Below are positions 35,639-47,304 of a stretch of 64,000 bases of DNA, piece by piece. A model generated the notes under the pieces. The model saw nothing but the letters and a program-made list of their open reading frames with translations, did not search any database and was not told the DNA's origin. Made by a program: the position numbers and the translations under genes. Within the stretch, counting starts at the first letter, position 1, and every line of letters starts with the position of its first letter. The stretch is from Kiritimatiellia bacterium (GTDB taxonomy: Bacteria > Verrucomicrobiota > Kiritimatiellia > RFP12 > UBA1067): contig JAZTWW010000036.1 of the NCBI GenBank assembly GCA_045636065.1, forward strand, positions 5,404 to 69,403, read 5' to 3'.

Positions 35639-36790
35639 TCACCCGGCATACGAGTGGAGCCCTGCAAAGAGGCGGGAGAAATTGACCCAAAGAAGCGTAA
35701 GGACGATAAGCGCAAAGCCTGCCCAGAGAATCGCGCGCGCCATGCGCCCCTCGCGCGGGACGTGGAAAAGCGCCGCAAATACGAGCCACGTGACAAGGCT
35801 CCATGTCTCCTTCGGATCGAAGCTCCACCATGCGCCCCAGCATATCTCGCCCCACATGGAGCCGAGGGCCATCCCGGTGGTGATGAACGCGAATCCAAGG
35901 GGCACAAGCGCTGCAAGCCCGTTCAAGGCCGATCTCGCCAGAATGACATACCCGAAAATGTACGCACCCACATGCGGGACGAAAAACGGGCTTTGCAGGG
36001 CGGGGGGTAGACCGCCCGTGCGGCCTTTCATTGCAACCGCCCCTGCGAGGAGAACGGCCTCAAGCATGAAATCGGCGACTCCAAACCCCTTGCCCTCCAT
36101 GCGTCTTGAAGAGAGCGCCACAAAAGGAAGCGCTGCGGCGGAAACGAGAAGGAAGCCCTTCACGTCCGCCAGCGGCACGTGCCCCGTCCTCCATGTGTAG
36201 ATGACGGCCATGACGGTTGCGGCCAAGCCCATCGCGAAGACCGTGGCCATGGAGAGAACCGGTGCCGAGCCCTGAGGGGGGCATCTGCGGCGAAGCGGCA
36301 GCACCGCGTAAAGCCATGCGCCTAAAAGGAGGAACGCGAATCCTGCGAGCGCCAGCGGCCAGGTGCGGTCGCGCATGGCCGTAAGGACGCTCCCCTTAAA
36401 AGTTCCGCCACGCATGTCCGGCACCTCGAACCACGAACTCTGGAGGATAAAGTCGCAGCCTTTGCGCCACGGCCTGTTGACGCCTATCTCCGTGCGTTCG
36501 CGATCGACCCAGATTTCGCTTAGATACGCGCTGGGGCTTCCATCGGGGTACTCTTCGATGCGGAACGACTTAAGCCATATCTCCCTTCCAAACGGCTTTC
36601 TGCCCATTGAAAACGGCATTTTGCCGTAATAGGCATCCGCCATGGCGGAACCTTGGACCGCCGCAGCGTCCGGAAGAAGCTCCATTTCGACGCTCTCGGC
36701 GCCTCCCGATATTCGCCATATGTATGCGGCGACGAGTATGGCGGCCCCAAGATGCATAAGCCGCCTAGCCCACGACCGCAGCGACATCAT
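35639..36790 (-). CDS. ccsA: cytochrome c biogenesis protein, CcsA/ResC family (WWD domain)
   Basis: WGEICWGAWWSFDPKETWSLVTWLVFAALFH matches the CcsA haem-handling WWD motif. ~150-aa N-terminal extension. Confidence 0.7.
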   Translation of the reverse strand: MMSLRSWARRLMHLGAAILVAAYIWRISGGAESVEMELLPDAAAVQGSAMADAYYGKMPFSMGRKPFGREIWLKSFRIEEYPDGSPSAYLSEIWVDRERTEIGVNRPWRKGCDFILQSSWFEVPDMRGGTFKGSVLTAMRDRTWPLALAGFAFLLLGAWLYAVLPLRRRCPPQGSAPVLSMATVFAMGLAATVMAVIYTWRTGHVPLADVKGFLLVSAAALPFVALSSRRMEGKGFGVADFMLEAVLLAGAVAMKGRTGGLPPALQSPFFVPHVGAYIFGYVILARSALNGLAALVPLGFAFITTGMALGSMWGEICWGAWWSFDPKETWSLVTWLVFAALFHVPREGRMARAILWAGFALIVLTLLWVNFSRLFAGLHSYAG

Positions 36791-37599
36791 CAGGCCCCCG
36801 CCATGTGGACGTCGAGCTGCGGGAACGGGATCGTTATGCCGCTCTTTTCATAGGCGGAGACTATCGCAGGGAGAGCGGCGAAGTATACGCTCCAGTAGTC
36901 GGCGCCCTTCACCCATGCGCGAATGCTCAGCATGACCGCGGAATCGTCGAGCGACGTTACCTCCGCCATCGGCGCCGGGGCGGCGAGAACGCCTTTAAGG
37001 CCCTTTACCGCATCGAGCGCGACGGCCTTGGCCTTGGCGAGATCCGTTCCGTACGCTACGCCGACTTTCATCTCCACGCGCCTCGTTCCAAGGGCGTTGA
37101 AGTTCACTATCGTCGTCCCCCACACGAGCTTGTTGGGGATGACGAGCTTCTTGTTGTCGGGCGTAGCGAGCGTTGTCGCCATCATGTTGAGCTCCTTGAC
37201 CGTTCCGTCCTGCCCGGCGACGCTGACGAAGTCGCCGACGTTGAACGGCCTGTTGAGGGCGATCATCATGCCGGCGGCGAAGTTGCTCATCGAATCCTGG
37301 AAGGCGAAACCGACGATGAAGCCTGTTACGCCAAGGCCCGCTATGAGCGGCCCCACATTGACGCCAAGCCTCTCAAGGGCCATTATTATCACGAACGCCC
37401 AAGCAAGCTTCTCAAGGACATTGATGGTGAAAGTCTGCATTATCCCCGAAAGCTTCGTCTTGGAGAGGGCCGCTTCAAGGAGCTTTCTCATCATCTTTAT
37501 GACGATCCACCCCACAAGGACGACAGCCGCGGCTATCGCCACGTTCACAAGGAGCGCAACGGCGTTTGTCTTGATCCAGATCTTTACGGCATCCATCAC
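36790..37599 (-). CDS. mechanosensitive ion channel, MscS family
   Basis: MscS TM3 and beta-domain pattern (GVNVGPLIAGLGVTGFIVGFAFQDSMSNFAAGMMIALNRPFNVGDFV). Confidence 0.85.
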   Translation of the reverse strand: MMDAVKIWIKTNAVALLVNVAIAAAVVLVGWIVIKMMRKLLEAALSKTKLSGIMQTFTINVLEKLAWAFVIIMALERLGVNVGPLIAGLGVTGFIVGFAFQDSMSNFAAGMMIALNRPFNVGDFVSVAGQDGTVKELNMMATTLATPDNKKLVIPNKLVWGTTIVNFNALGTRRVEMKVGVAYGTDLAKAKAVALDAVKGLKGVLAAPAPMAEVTSLDDSAVMLSIRAWVKGADYWSVYFAALPAIVSAYEKSGITIPFPQLDVHMAGA

Positions 37600-38474
37600 T
37601 CCATCCCTTCCGGCCTCAGCGATTCAAGCATCGCCTTCCTGTCGGCCTTTATCCCCGTCCAGATTTCAAAGCTCTTCGCCCCCTGCCCAACAAGGAACTC
37701 GAGCCCGTCCACGGCCTCGGCCCCGGCAGACTTCGCAAGCGCCGCAGTAGGCGGAAATGCGGCGGTAGGTATTATATCGAGGACGAACTGCCCTTCCCTG
37801 AAGGCCTCCCGTCCAAGCGCGGCCGGATCGCCTGGCTTGAGCCCGAGAGGCGTCGCGTTGACGACGATATCCGCCTCGCGCGCGGCATCGCACCATATGG
37901 CCATATGCCCGCCGCCTTCAACCGCCGGGGAAAGCGCGTCGATCCTCGTCCCGCTCGCTATGTCCGAAAGCCTGGCCGCAAGGCGTTCCGCCTTCCCTTC
38001 GCTCCTAGCCGCGAGGGCCAGCGATGACGCCCCCTCGATGCAGCAGGCTGCGGCAAGCGCCGATCCGGCGCCGCCAAGGCCGATGATGAAAACTTTCGCG
38101 CCCTTTATGGTCCGGCCCCTTGCGGCAAGGCAGGAGAGGAAACCGTCGACATCGGTGTTCCAGCCCGATATCGCACCGTCGCTCTCGAATCTTATCGTGT
38201 TGCAGGCGCCGTAGCGCCTTACGCTTTCATCGACGCGATCGAGAACTCCTATCACCGCCTCCTTGTGCGGGACGGTGACATTAAGCCCGAGATACCCTTC
38301 GCGCCCGAGAGCGCGCACCGTTTCCGCAAGGGCTTCCGGCGCGACATCGATCTTGCCGTACGAGCCGTCAAAACCCGTTGCGGCGAAATTCGCCGCGTGC
38401 ATCCTGGGCGACAGCGAATGCGCCACAGGATGGCCTATCACGGCGAATTTCGCGGCTGCCACCTGGCCCCTCAC
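37596..38474 (-). CDS. aroE: shikimate dehydrogenase
   Basis: AVIGHPVAHSLSPRMH..., NTD..G, NVTVPHK. Confidence 0.85.
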   Translation of the reverse strand: MRGQVAAAKFAVIGHPVAHSLSPRMHAANFAATGFDGSYGKIDVAPEALAETVRALGREGYLGLNVTVPHKEAVIGVLDRVDESVRRYGACNTIRFESDGAISGWNTDVDGFLSCLAARGRTIKGAKVFIIGLGGAGSALAAACCIEGASSLALAARSEGKAERLAARLSDIASGTRIDALSPAVEGGGHMAIWCDAAREADIVVNATPLGLKPGDPAALGREAFREGQFVLDIIPTAAFPPTAALAKSAGAEAVDGLEFLVGQGAKSFEIWTGIKADRKAMLESLRPEGME

Positions 38475-38725
38475 TTCGCCTTCGGCGCGCGCCGGCTCGT
38501 GGCCTCGATGACGTTCACCTGGTTCCTGAGCTGCGAAAGGATCTGCTGGATGATGTCATCGTCGCCCATGACGTCCATCTTCATGCGGCTGACGCTACCA
38601 TCCTCCGTAGGACCGACCTGGAGCGTCTGGATGTTGTATCCGCGCCCGGATATCAGCCCCACAATCCGCGCCAGCACGCCGGGTCGGTTCTCAACGAAGC
38701 AGTTTATGCGATGAAGTTCACTCAT
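38471..38725 (-). CDS. ilvN: acetolactate synthase small (regulatory) subunit, short ACT-only form
   Basis: ACT-domain N-terminus (ENRPGVLARIVGLISGRGYNIQTL). Immediately downstream of ilvB. Confidence 0.85.
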   Translation of the reverse strand: MSELHRINCFVENRPGVLARIVGLISGRGYNIQTLQVGPTEDGSVSRMKMDVMGDDDIIQQILSQLRNQVNVIEATSRRAPKAK

Positions 38726-38735
38726 TTTCGCCCCC

Positions 38736-40487
38736 TCAGCAGTCCATCTGTTCGAATATCATGCCGCTCACCGGCTGGCCGCCAGGCTGCATGGGATACA
38801 CGTTGGCGCGCGGCTCGACGATCACCTCCACGAGAGACGTCCTGTCGCTCATGATGGCGCTTCTAAGAGCATCATCGAGCTTGGCGGGATCGACAACCCT
38901 TACGGCGTCAGCGCCGTGCGCCTTGGCGAGCATGACGAAATCGGGCCTGTAGTCGTAGTCGAGCTTGCTTTCGTCGATGCGCTCGTTTGCCATGCGCCCC
39001 TTCGCCGCGAGTATGGATCCGGAGTATCTCCTGTTGTAGAAGAGCTCCTGCCACTGGCGGACCATGCCGAGGCACTCGTTGTTGATAATGACGAACGTGA
39101 CGGGAAGCTGGTGCTCGACCGCGACGACGACCTCCTCGAACGTCATCTGCGCACCGCCGTCGCCGCAGATGCAGACTATGCGCTTGTTGCGCCTCGCGAT
39201 CTGCGCGCCGATGGCTGCCGGGAAGCCGAAGCCCATCGTTCCCATGCCGCCCGACGAAAGGAAGTGCCTAGGCTTGTTGTGGCGGAAGAACTGCGCAGCC
39301 CACATCTGGTGCTGCCCGACGTCCGTGACGACTATGGCATGCCCGTCCGTCACGCGGTCCACCGCCTCGACGACGCTCTGCGGCATGATGACGCCCTCGT
39401 GCATCTGGCGGTAGGTGACGGGACGGTCCTTCTTCCACTTGGCGATGCGCTTGAGCCACTCGGTGTGCTTCGCCGGGTGGATGCGCGCGTCGACCGTGGA
39501 TATGACGTCCTTCACGTCGGCGTGGATGGCGAGATACGTCTTGACGTTCTTCCTCAAGTTCGCCTGGTCGCAGTCCACATGGACTATCTTCGCGTTGGGG
39601 GCGTACAGCTCCTTCTTGCCTGTCACGCGGTCGGAGAAGCGGCAGCCGAGGGCAAGGACGAGATCGGCCTCGTTGATGGCGTAGTTTGCGGCGCACGTTC
39701 CGTGCATGCCGGCCATCCTGAGCGAAAGCGGGTCGTGCTCGTTGAAGGCGCCAAGGCCCATAAGCGTCGTGGCGACGGGGATCTCCGCCTTGTGCGCGAG
39801 ATCGGAGACGTCGCGCGCAGCGCCAGCGGCTATGACTCCGCCGCCGACGTAGAGTACGGGCCTCTTGGCCTCGTTGATGAGCTTCGCGAGCTTCGTGATC
39901 TCCTGCGTTGACGCCACGCACTCCGGGTGGTAGGCGCGCATGGTGACGCGCTCGGGATAGACCGCCTTCGTAAGCTGCTGCTGGACGTTCTTCGGTATGT
40001 CGATCGCGACCGGCCCGGGCTTACCGTGCGTTGCGATGTAGAACGCCTGCGCGACGATGTTGGGGATCTCGTCCGCAGAATGGACAAGGAAGCTGTGCTT
40101 CGTCACGGCGCGCGAAATGCCCACCATGTCGACCTCCTGGAAGGCGTCCGTGCCGATCTGCGTAAGGGGCACCTGCCCCGTGATGCAGATGAGCGGCACG
40201 CCGTCGGAGTTTGCCGTGGCAAGGCCCGTTATCGTGTTCGTCGCTCCCGGGCCGCTCGTGACGATGCAGACGCCCGGCTTTCCGCACGCGCGCGCATAGC
40301 CGTCGGCCATATGGATGCTGCCCTGCTCGTGGCGCCCGAGGATGAAGGCGAAGGGCGCATCGGCAAGCCTGTCGAACATGTCGAGGGCGCTGCCCCCCGG
40401 GTATCCGAACACCACCTGCACGCCCGCCTTCACGAGCGAGTCAACGAGCGCCTGAGCGCCTGTAACTTCTTTTCTTCCTGTCATCAC
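38736..40487 (-). CDS. ilvB: acetolactate synthase large subunit (ThDP-dependent)
   Basis: Full-length ALS (VFGYPGGSALD, ThDP-binding GDGGAQMTFEE...NN). Confidence 0.93.
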   Translation of the reverse strand: MMTGRKEVTGAQALVDSLVKAGVQVVFGYPGGSALDMFDRLADAPFAFILGRHEQGSIHMADGYARACGKPGVCIVTSGPGATNTITGLATANSDGVPLICITGQVPLTQIGTDAFQEVDMVGISRAVTKHSFLVHSADEIPNIVAQAFYIATHGKPGPVAIDIPKNVQQQLTKAVYPERVTMRAYHPECVASTQEITKLAKLINEAKRPVLYVGGGVIAAGAARDVSDLAHKAEIPVATTLMGLGAFNEHDPLSLRMAGMHGTCAANYAINEADLVLALGCRFSDRVTGKKELYAPNAKIVHVDCDQANLRKNVKTYLAIHADVKDVISTVDARIHPAKHTEWLKRIAKWKKDRPVTYRQMHEGVIMPQSVVEAVDRVTDGHAIVVTDVGQHQMWAAQFFRHNKPRHFLSSGGMGTMGFGFPAAIGAQIARRNKRIVCICGDGGAQMTFEEVVVAVEHQLPVTFVIINNECLGMVRQWQELFYNRRYSGSILAAKGRMANERIDESKLDYDYRPDFVMLAKAHGADAVRVVDPAKLDDALRSAIMSDRTSLVEVIVEPRANVYPMQPGGQPVSGMIFEQMDC

Positions 40488-40526
40488 TTCTTGCGTTCCT
40501 TATTCTCTGGAAACCCTTTTCATCCA

Positions 40527-41636
40527 TTACATTCCCGGATTGTTGGCAAGCCACGCCTGCGCATTGCGGTCGCCGCGCGCGGCGCGCGACCTTATGCGCC
40601 AGACCATGCCCTTCTGCCCGTTGGCGGCGGTGCCGATACCCTTGTCGTAGCAACCGGCTATGTTCTCCATCGCCGGCCAGAATCCGTACTCGGCCGCCCT
40701 CCTGAACATGAGAAACGCCTCGCGGGGATTGCTCTTTACGCCTCTGCCGTCGCGCAGGGCCTCGGCGTAGGCGTTCATCGCCTCGACGCATCCGGCGTCG
40801 GCGCTAAGCTTCATGAGCCGCGCACCCTCGGCCTCGTCCCTCTCGACTCCATCGCCTTTCATAAGGGCCGTGGCGTAGTTGTACATTCCGTAGGCGTTCC
40901 CCAGATCGCTCGATTTCCTGTACCACCTCGCCGCGAGCTGCACGTCCTTGGGGACGACTATCCCCTCGTGGAAATGGTAGCCGATATTGTTTATCGCCTC
41001 GGGGTGCCCCCTTTCGGCGGCCGTCCTGAAGCAGTTGAACGCGCTCTCGGCGTCGACCTCAGTGCCAAGGCCGCGCGCGAGGCACATGCCGAGATTATAA
41101 AGCCCGTTGACGTCATTCTGGTCGGCGGCGCGCCTGAAGTACCCGAGCGCATCCTTAAGTGCGGCGTTCGTCTCGTCCTCCGGGAGCGCGTCGGCGAGCG
41201 TCGTCGTCACGAGGAGCGATCCCCATGCGTTCAAAGCCTGCGGGTTGCCGCAGATGGCGGCACGCCTCAGCATGTTCGTGTCCTCGGATTCAAGCGACAG
41301 CAGATACCACGCCAGGCCGTTGTTCTTCTCCTTGGCAAGGCGCATGATGAGATTCGTGGAGGTGCGGATGTACTCGTCGCGCGTCTGCGCGTCTATGCGC
41401 GCGGCCTTCGGCGCGCCATGCTCGCGGGAGACTATCGCCGTGACTATTCTCGCGACGGCCCGCCTCGGGGTGTTCTTCTCCGCCTTCGCCATGGTGGCAA
41501 CCTCTTGCGCAGCCACTTCGTAGCTTTTCGGGGAGCCGCTCGCCTTCGAGTTGAGAAGGCGCATTATGGCATCCTCCGAGTTGCCGTAGGCCACGCACGC
41601 AATTGCCGCCGCGAATGCAAGTGCAAATATCTTCAT
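40527..41636 (-). CDS. Sel1-like repeat (TPR-like) secreted protein
   Basis: Signal peptide then multiple Sel1 repeats (GxGV..D...AxxWYRKAA-like units, e.g. ARWYRKSSDLGNAYGMYNYATALMKGDGVERD). Start placed at MKIFALAF. Confidence 0.75.
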   Translation of the reverse strand: MKIFALAFAAAIACVAYGNSEDAIMRLLNSKASGSPKSYEVAAQEVATMAKAEKNTPRRAVARIVTAIVSREHGAPKAARIDAQTRDEYIRTSTNLIMRLAKEKNNGLAWYLLSLESEDTNMLRRAAICGNPQALNAWGSLLVTTTLADALPEDETNAALKDALGYFRRAADQNDVNGLYNLGMCLARGLGTEVDAESAFNCFRTAAERGHPEAINNIGYHFHEGIVVPKDVQLAARWYRKSSDLGNAYGMYNYATALMKGDGVERDEAEGARLMKLSADAGCVEAMNAYAEALRDGRGVKSNPREAFLMFRRAAEYGFWPAMENIAGCYDKGIGTAANGQKGMVWRIRSRAARGDRNAQAWLANNPGM

Positions 41637-41652
41637 TCCCCCACCTTCCATG

Positions 41653-42933
41653 CTAGCGCGACTCCGGGAGCTTTATCTCAGACTCCTCGCGCGTCGTCAG
41701 ATCCTTGATTCTCGCCTTGCCGGAGGCGACATCGTCCGGCCCGAGATATACGGCCTTCGCGCACGTTCCGGCACCGGCCCTCTGGAAGAACTGCTTCGGC
41801 TTGGAACGCCTGAGCGAGAGGTTGACGTCTTCGCCTGAGCGCCTCAACATGGAGGCGAGCGCAAGGGCGGCAGGGCGCTCGGCATCCGTCATCCAGCCGA
41901 CTGCGACCCCCTTCTTTGGAAGCGGGGCATCCTCGCCGAAGCGCGATTTGAGAAGCTCCGTTACGACGACATCCCCGAAGCCGAGCCCGACGGCAGGCGT
42001 CGGATCGCCGCCTATCGTAGTCAGGAGGCTATCGTATCTGCCGCCGCCGAAGATGGCACGGAACTCGCCTTTCACGTCGAACGCCTCGAAGACGATTCCC
42101 GTATAGTAGCTCAGGCCCCTTATGACGCTCACGTCGAACATGAGCGCATCGGCGAACCCTGCAACGCGCGCAAGGGCGAAAAGCTCCTCAAGCTGCGCGA
42201 TGGCCGGGCTGGACTCGCCCGCCATGGCCTTCGCCGCGTCGAGATCCTTCACCGAAAGGAGCGCAAACGTCTTCTCGATCCCGTCCTGGTCGAGCCCGCC
42301 CTCGGTAAGGATGTACTTTATCTCCTCGTCGGGGATCTTCCCGCGCTTGTCAAGCGCCAGAAACACGCTCGCATGCCTCTCGGCCGGGATTCCGCTCGCG
42401 GCCAGAAGCTCGGCGAGAAGCGCGCGGCTGGAGACGTGGACCTTGAAGTCGTCCGGCGTAAGGCCCATGCGCCTCAGGGCGTCGACAGCCGCTCCGAGCA
42501 CCTCGGCCTCGGCAAGGACGGAATCCTCGCCTACTATGTCCATGTTCCACTGGTAGTGCTCGCGCTTGCGGCCCTTCGTCATGCGCTCGTACCTGAAGCA
42601 CTGCGCAATCGTCGTCCACTTTATCGGGAAGGAAAGGTTGTGCTGCCTGGCCGCCACCATGCGCGCCAGGGTAGGAGTCATCTCAGGCCTCAGGGCGATA
42701 TGCCTGTCGCTCTTGTCGAAGAAATGGTATATCTGGTCCCCGACCTCCTCGCCCGACTTTCTGGCGAGAAGATCGTAGCTCTCAACGACGCACGCGTCGT
42801 ACCGCTCGAAACCCGCGGCGTCCCCCGCGGCGCGGAACGCATCGAAAACGCGCGTGCGCCACGCCATGTCCCCGGGATAGAAATCCCTCATGCCGCGCGG
42901 CGGATCGAACGAAATCCTGGTCTCATTTGCCAT
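41653..42933 (-). CDS. hisS: histidine--tRNA ligase
   Basis: Class II aaRS motifs (GMRDFYPGDM, FRYERMTKGRKREHYQWNMDI, GGGRYD). Confidence 0.93.
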   Translation of the reverse strand: MANETRISFDPPRGMRDFYPGDMAWRTRVFDAFRAAGDAAGFERYDACVVESYDLLARKSGEEVGDQIYHFFDKSDRHIALRPEMTPTLARMVAARQHNLSFPIKWTTIAQCFRYERMTKGRKREHYQWNMDIVGEDSVLAEAEVLGAAVDALRRMGLTPDDFKVHVSSRALLAELLAASGIPAERHASVFLALDKRGKIPDEEIKYILTEGGLDQDGIEKTFALLSVKDLDAAKAMAGESSPAIAQLEELFALARVAGFADALMFDVSVIRGLSYYTGIVFEAFDVKGEFRAIFGGGRYDSLLTTIGGDPTPAVGLGFGDVVVTELLKSRFGEDAPLPKKGVAVGWMTDAERPAALALASMLRRSGEDVNLSLRRSKPKQFFQRAGAGTCAKAVYLGPDDVASGKARIKDLTTREESEIKLPESR

Positions 42934-42954
42934 ATCAAACGAATCTCCTTGAAT

Positions 42955-42995
42955 GCAACGCTGAATTGTACCATATTTTCCCGCGTTTGTGAAGC
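42955..42995 (-). promoter_or_regulatory. putative extended -10 promoter (TGGTACAAT) upstream of hisS
   Basis: Minus strand ggaaaataTGGTACAATtcag. The -10 is at plus 42965-42970. Confidence 0.4.
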
Positions 42996-44393
42996 TTAGA
43001 CGATCTCGAAACTCTGGCCGGGGGACGGGGCGACGGCGTGAGGGGCGCCGTGCTCCTTCAAAAGATCAACCATCGCCTTCACCTTCTCAGGCTCGCCATG
43101 GACGGCGAACGCATGCTTCACGTTGGACTTTATCCCGTCGAACCAGTCCATGAGGCCGTTGCGGTCGGCGTGGGCAGAAAGGGCGTTGATCGTATGGACG
43201 CGGGCGCGGAATGGGACGCTCTCGCCGAGGACCATCAGCGGATCGCGCCTTTCGACGACCTTGCGCCCCAAAGTGTTCTCGGCCTGGAAGCCGACTATAA
43301 GGACGATGTTCCTGGGATCAGGCACTATGTTCTTCAAATGGTGGACGACACGGCCGCCTTCGCACATTCCGCTCGCGGCTATTATCACCATGGGGCCGGG
43401 CGCGTCGTTGAGCGACATCGACTCCTGCACCGATTCCACGAACTTCAGATTCGGTACGGAAAGAGGGTCCACGCCGACCCTGAGAAGATCGCTCGCATCC
43501 TCGTTGTAGCACTCGCGGTGCTGGCGGTAGAGCCGCGTCGCCTTGAGCGAAAGCGGCGAATCGATGTAGCAGGGTATCTCGGGGATCCTGCCCGCTGCAT
43601 GCAGACGGTTCAGGTAGTAGAGAATCTGCTGCGTCCTTCCGACGCTGAAGGCCGGGATGAGCAGCTTGCCGCGCTGCTGCACGATGTCCTCGATATAGCT
43701 TTTAAGCCGCCCCGAGACATCGTCCGCGCTTGGATGCACCCTGTCGGCGTACGTGGACTCGATTATGACCGCGTCCGCGCCATCCGGGTACTCGTAGTGC
43801 CTGAGGATCGGCTGGTCTGGCTGCCCGAGGTCCCCCGAGAAGACGAGCCTCAGGTTCCGGCCCCTGTCGCCGGCGACGTCGATCTGCGTTATGGCGCTTC
43901 CGAGGATGTGCCCGGCGTTGTGGAACATCGCCGTGACGCCGCGCCCGAGATCTATGACGCGCTTCATCGGCTCCGGGCGCATAAGGCTCATGAGAAGGTC
44001 GACGTCGTTCTCCTCGTAGAGCGGCTCGAAGAGATGCTTGCCCTGCGCCTTGCGCTTCTTGTTTATGTACTCCAGATCGCGCATCTGCAGGAAGCAGCTG
44101 TCCCGCAGGAGGACGCCGCACAGGTCGGCCGTAGCAGGCCTCGCGTAGACGGGGCCGCGATAGCCCCGCCTCACGAGCTGCGGAAGATTCCCCGCGTGGT
44201 CAATGTGGGCGTGCGAGAGGACTACCGCATCGATGGATCTCGGATCGACGGGAAGGTTCCTGTTGATCTCGAAAGCCTGCTTGCGGTGGCCCTGGTAGAG
44301 TCCGCAGTCTAGAAGAATGCGCACTCCGTTCGCCTCGACGAGGTGCATGGATCCCGTCGTGGTCTCGGCCGCCCCCATGAACGTCACGCGCAT
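42996..44393 (-). CDS. MBL-fold metallo-hydrolase with beta-CASP/RNA-metabolising domain (RNase J/CPSF-like)
   Basis: HAHIDHAGNLP metallo-beta-lactamase motif, downstream beta-CASP-like His/Asp motifs. 465 aa. Confidence 0.75.
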   Translation of the reverse strand: MRVTFMGAAETTTGSMHLVEANGVRILLDCGLYQGHRKQAFEINRNLPVDPRSIDAVVLSHAHIDHAGNLPQLVRRGYRGPVYARPATADLCGVLLRDSCFLQMRDLEYINKKRKAQGKHLFEPLYEENDVDLLMSLMRPEPMKRVIDLGRGVTAMFHNAGHILGSAITQIDVAGDRGRNLRLVFSGDLGQPDQPILRHYEYPDGADAVIIESTYADRVHPSADDVSGRLKSYIEDIVQQRGKLLIPAFSVGRTQQILYYLNRLHAAGRIPEIPCYIDSPLSLKATRLYRQHRECYNEDASDLLRVGVDPLSVPNLKFVESVQESMSLNDAPGPMVIIAASGMCEGGRVVHHLKNIVPDPRNIVLIVGFQAENTLGRKVVERRDPLMVLGESVPFRARVHTINALSAHADRNGLMDWFDGIKSNVKHAFAVHGEPEKVKAMVDLLKEHGAPHAVAPSPGQSFEIV

Positions 44394-44403
44394 CGCGGCG
44401 GCC

Positions 44404-45042
44404 TCACTTAGCCTTGATGCTACCGAACGGGCTCAGCGTCTCGCCCTCGCGCACATCGGCGTAGGCCGGCGTTCCGGCGGCCACCTGGCCCCTGTCGCCC
44501 ACTTTCACGTTGGGGCAGAGGCAGCTGTTTGTGGCGAGATAGCCGAACTTGCCGAGCGAGGAGTGCCCGCTCATGGTCGCCCCGGGGCAGAGCTGCGCGA
44601 AATCGTCGACGGTGCAGTCATGGCCGACGCCGCTGCGGGTGTTGACGATGACGAACTTGCCGATGTTGCACCCGACGCTCACGACGGCGAGCGCGCCCAC
44701 GTAGACGCCGTGCCTCAGATCGACTGTCGGCGCGACCACCGCGCTCGGGTCGATGATGGCCGGGAAGTCGTGCCCCCTAAGACGGCGGTATATCTTCTCG
44801 CGCACGGCATTGTCGCCGATGGCAACGACGACCGCGGCTCCGGGATAGTCGCGGCTCGCCTCTTCAGGGCTGCCGAGATAGGGATAGCCCTCCATGGAAC
44901 CCTTGCCCTTCCCCTTTGCGGGGTCATCGTCCGACACGCCCAGTATGTTCCACGTGGGCTGGACGGAGTTTATGCGCTCCAGCGTCCAGGCGACCTCGCG
45001 GCCCCAGCCGCCGGCGCCAACTATCATTATGTCACGAATCAT
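44404..45042 (-). CDS. NeuD/PglD-family sugar O-acetyltransferase (left-handed beta-helix)
   Basis: N-terminal Rossmann-like MIVGAGGWGREV followed by hexapeptide repeats. Confidence 0.7.
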   Translation of the reverse strand: MIRDIMIVGAGGWGREVAWTLERINSVQPTWNILGVSDDDPAKGKGKGSMEGYPYLGSPEEASRDYPGAAVVVAIGDNAVREKIYRRLRGHDFPAIIDPSAVVAPTVDLRHGVYVGALAVVSVGCNIGKFVIVNTRSGVGHDCTVDDFAQLCPGATMSGHSSLGKFGYLATNSCLCPNVKVGDRGQVAAGTPAYADVREGETLSPFGSIKAK

Positions 45043-45664
45043 CTTTACCTCCTTTAAGCTCTCCTTTGAACTCGCCCATGGTGGCCTCGCCCTCGGCGTT
45101 CACGCCCCTTGCGGTGAACACCTGGACTGCCGTCAACGCGAGGATCTTGAGGTCAAGCCACAGGCTAGCATTAATAGTATACCATAAATCGTACCTGAAT
45201 TTCATCTCCCAATCCAAAAAATTTCTTCCGTGGATCTGGGCCCAGCCGGTTATGCCGGGCTTAACGTCGTGCCGGCGCATCTGTTCGGGGGTATATCTTT
45301 CAAGGTATCTTATGGGCAGCGGCCTCGGCCCGACAAGGCTCATCGTCCCTTTTAGGACAAGCAGCAGCTCGGGGAGCTCGTCGAGGCTCGTGGCCCTCAG
45401 GATGCGCCCGAACCTCGTGAGGCGCTCGCTGTCGGGCCCGTCCCCCTCGAGCATCGTGCGGAACTTCACGATCTCGAACGGCTTTCCCTTAAGCCCCGCG
45501 CGTATCTGGCGGAAAAAGATGGGCCGCCCCAGCTTTACTGCCACCAAGGCGGCCACAACGGCCATGACCGGCACCCATACGGGCGCGGCAAGAAGTGTCA
45601 GCGTGATGTCTAAAAGCCTTTTCACGCCGGCGCCCGCCAATCTATACGGCCTTGTTGCCCTCAC
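45032..45664 (-). CDS. bacterial sugar transferase (PglC/WbaP C-terminal-domain-like polyprenyl-phosphate hexose-1-phosphate transferase)
   Basis: KRLLDITLTLLAAPVW...AVKLGRPIFFRQIRAGLKGKPFEIVKFRTM is the signature of this family. Confidence 0.8.
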   Translation of the reverse strand: MRATRPYRLAGAGVKRLLDITLTLLAAPVWVPVMAVVAALVAVKLGRPIFFRQIRAGLKGKPFEIVKFRTMLEGDGPDSERLTRFGRILRATSLDELPELLLVLKGTMSLVGPRPLPIRYLERYTPEQMRRHDVKPGITGWAQIHGRNFLDWEMKFRYDLWYTINASLWLDLKILALTAVQVFTARGVNAEGEATMGEFKGELKGGKDDS

Positions 45665-45994
45665 CCATGACGACGACCTTGGCGGGGAACGAGGCGGCCT
45701 CCTCGACCGGGACCGAAGCGAACGCCATGACTATGAGCCTGTCGCCGACATGGCCCTTCCATGCGGCCGCCCCGTTGAGGCAGCAGACGCCCGAGCCGCG
45801 CGGCCCGGGTATCACGTACGTCTCGAAACGCTCGCCGTTGTCCACGTTGGCGCAGAGGATCTTCTCGTTGTTGAAGAGGCCCGCAGCCTCCATGAGATCG
45901 ACGTCCACCGTAAGCGAACCCGTGTAGTCGAGGTTGGCCTCCGTCACGCGGATGCGGTGCAGCTTTGATCTGAGAAGCGTTACGCACACTCCCA

Positions 45995-45998
<4 letters not shown>
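45642..45998 (-). CDS. panD: aspartate 1-decarboxylase
   Basis: [25 protein letters not shown]...[17 protein letters not shown] (cleavage-site Gly-Ser context). Confidence 0.9.
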
Positions 45999-47302
<1,304 letters not shown>

Positions 47303-47304
47303 TT

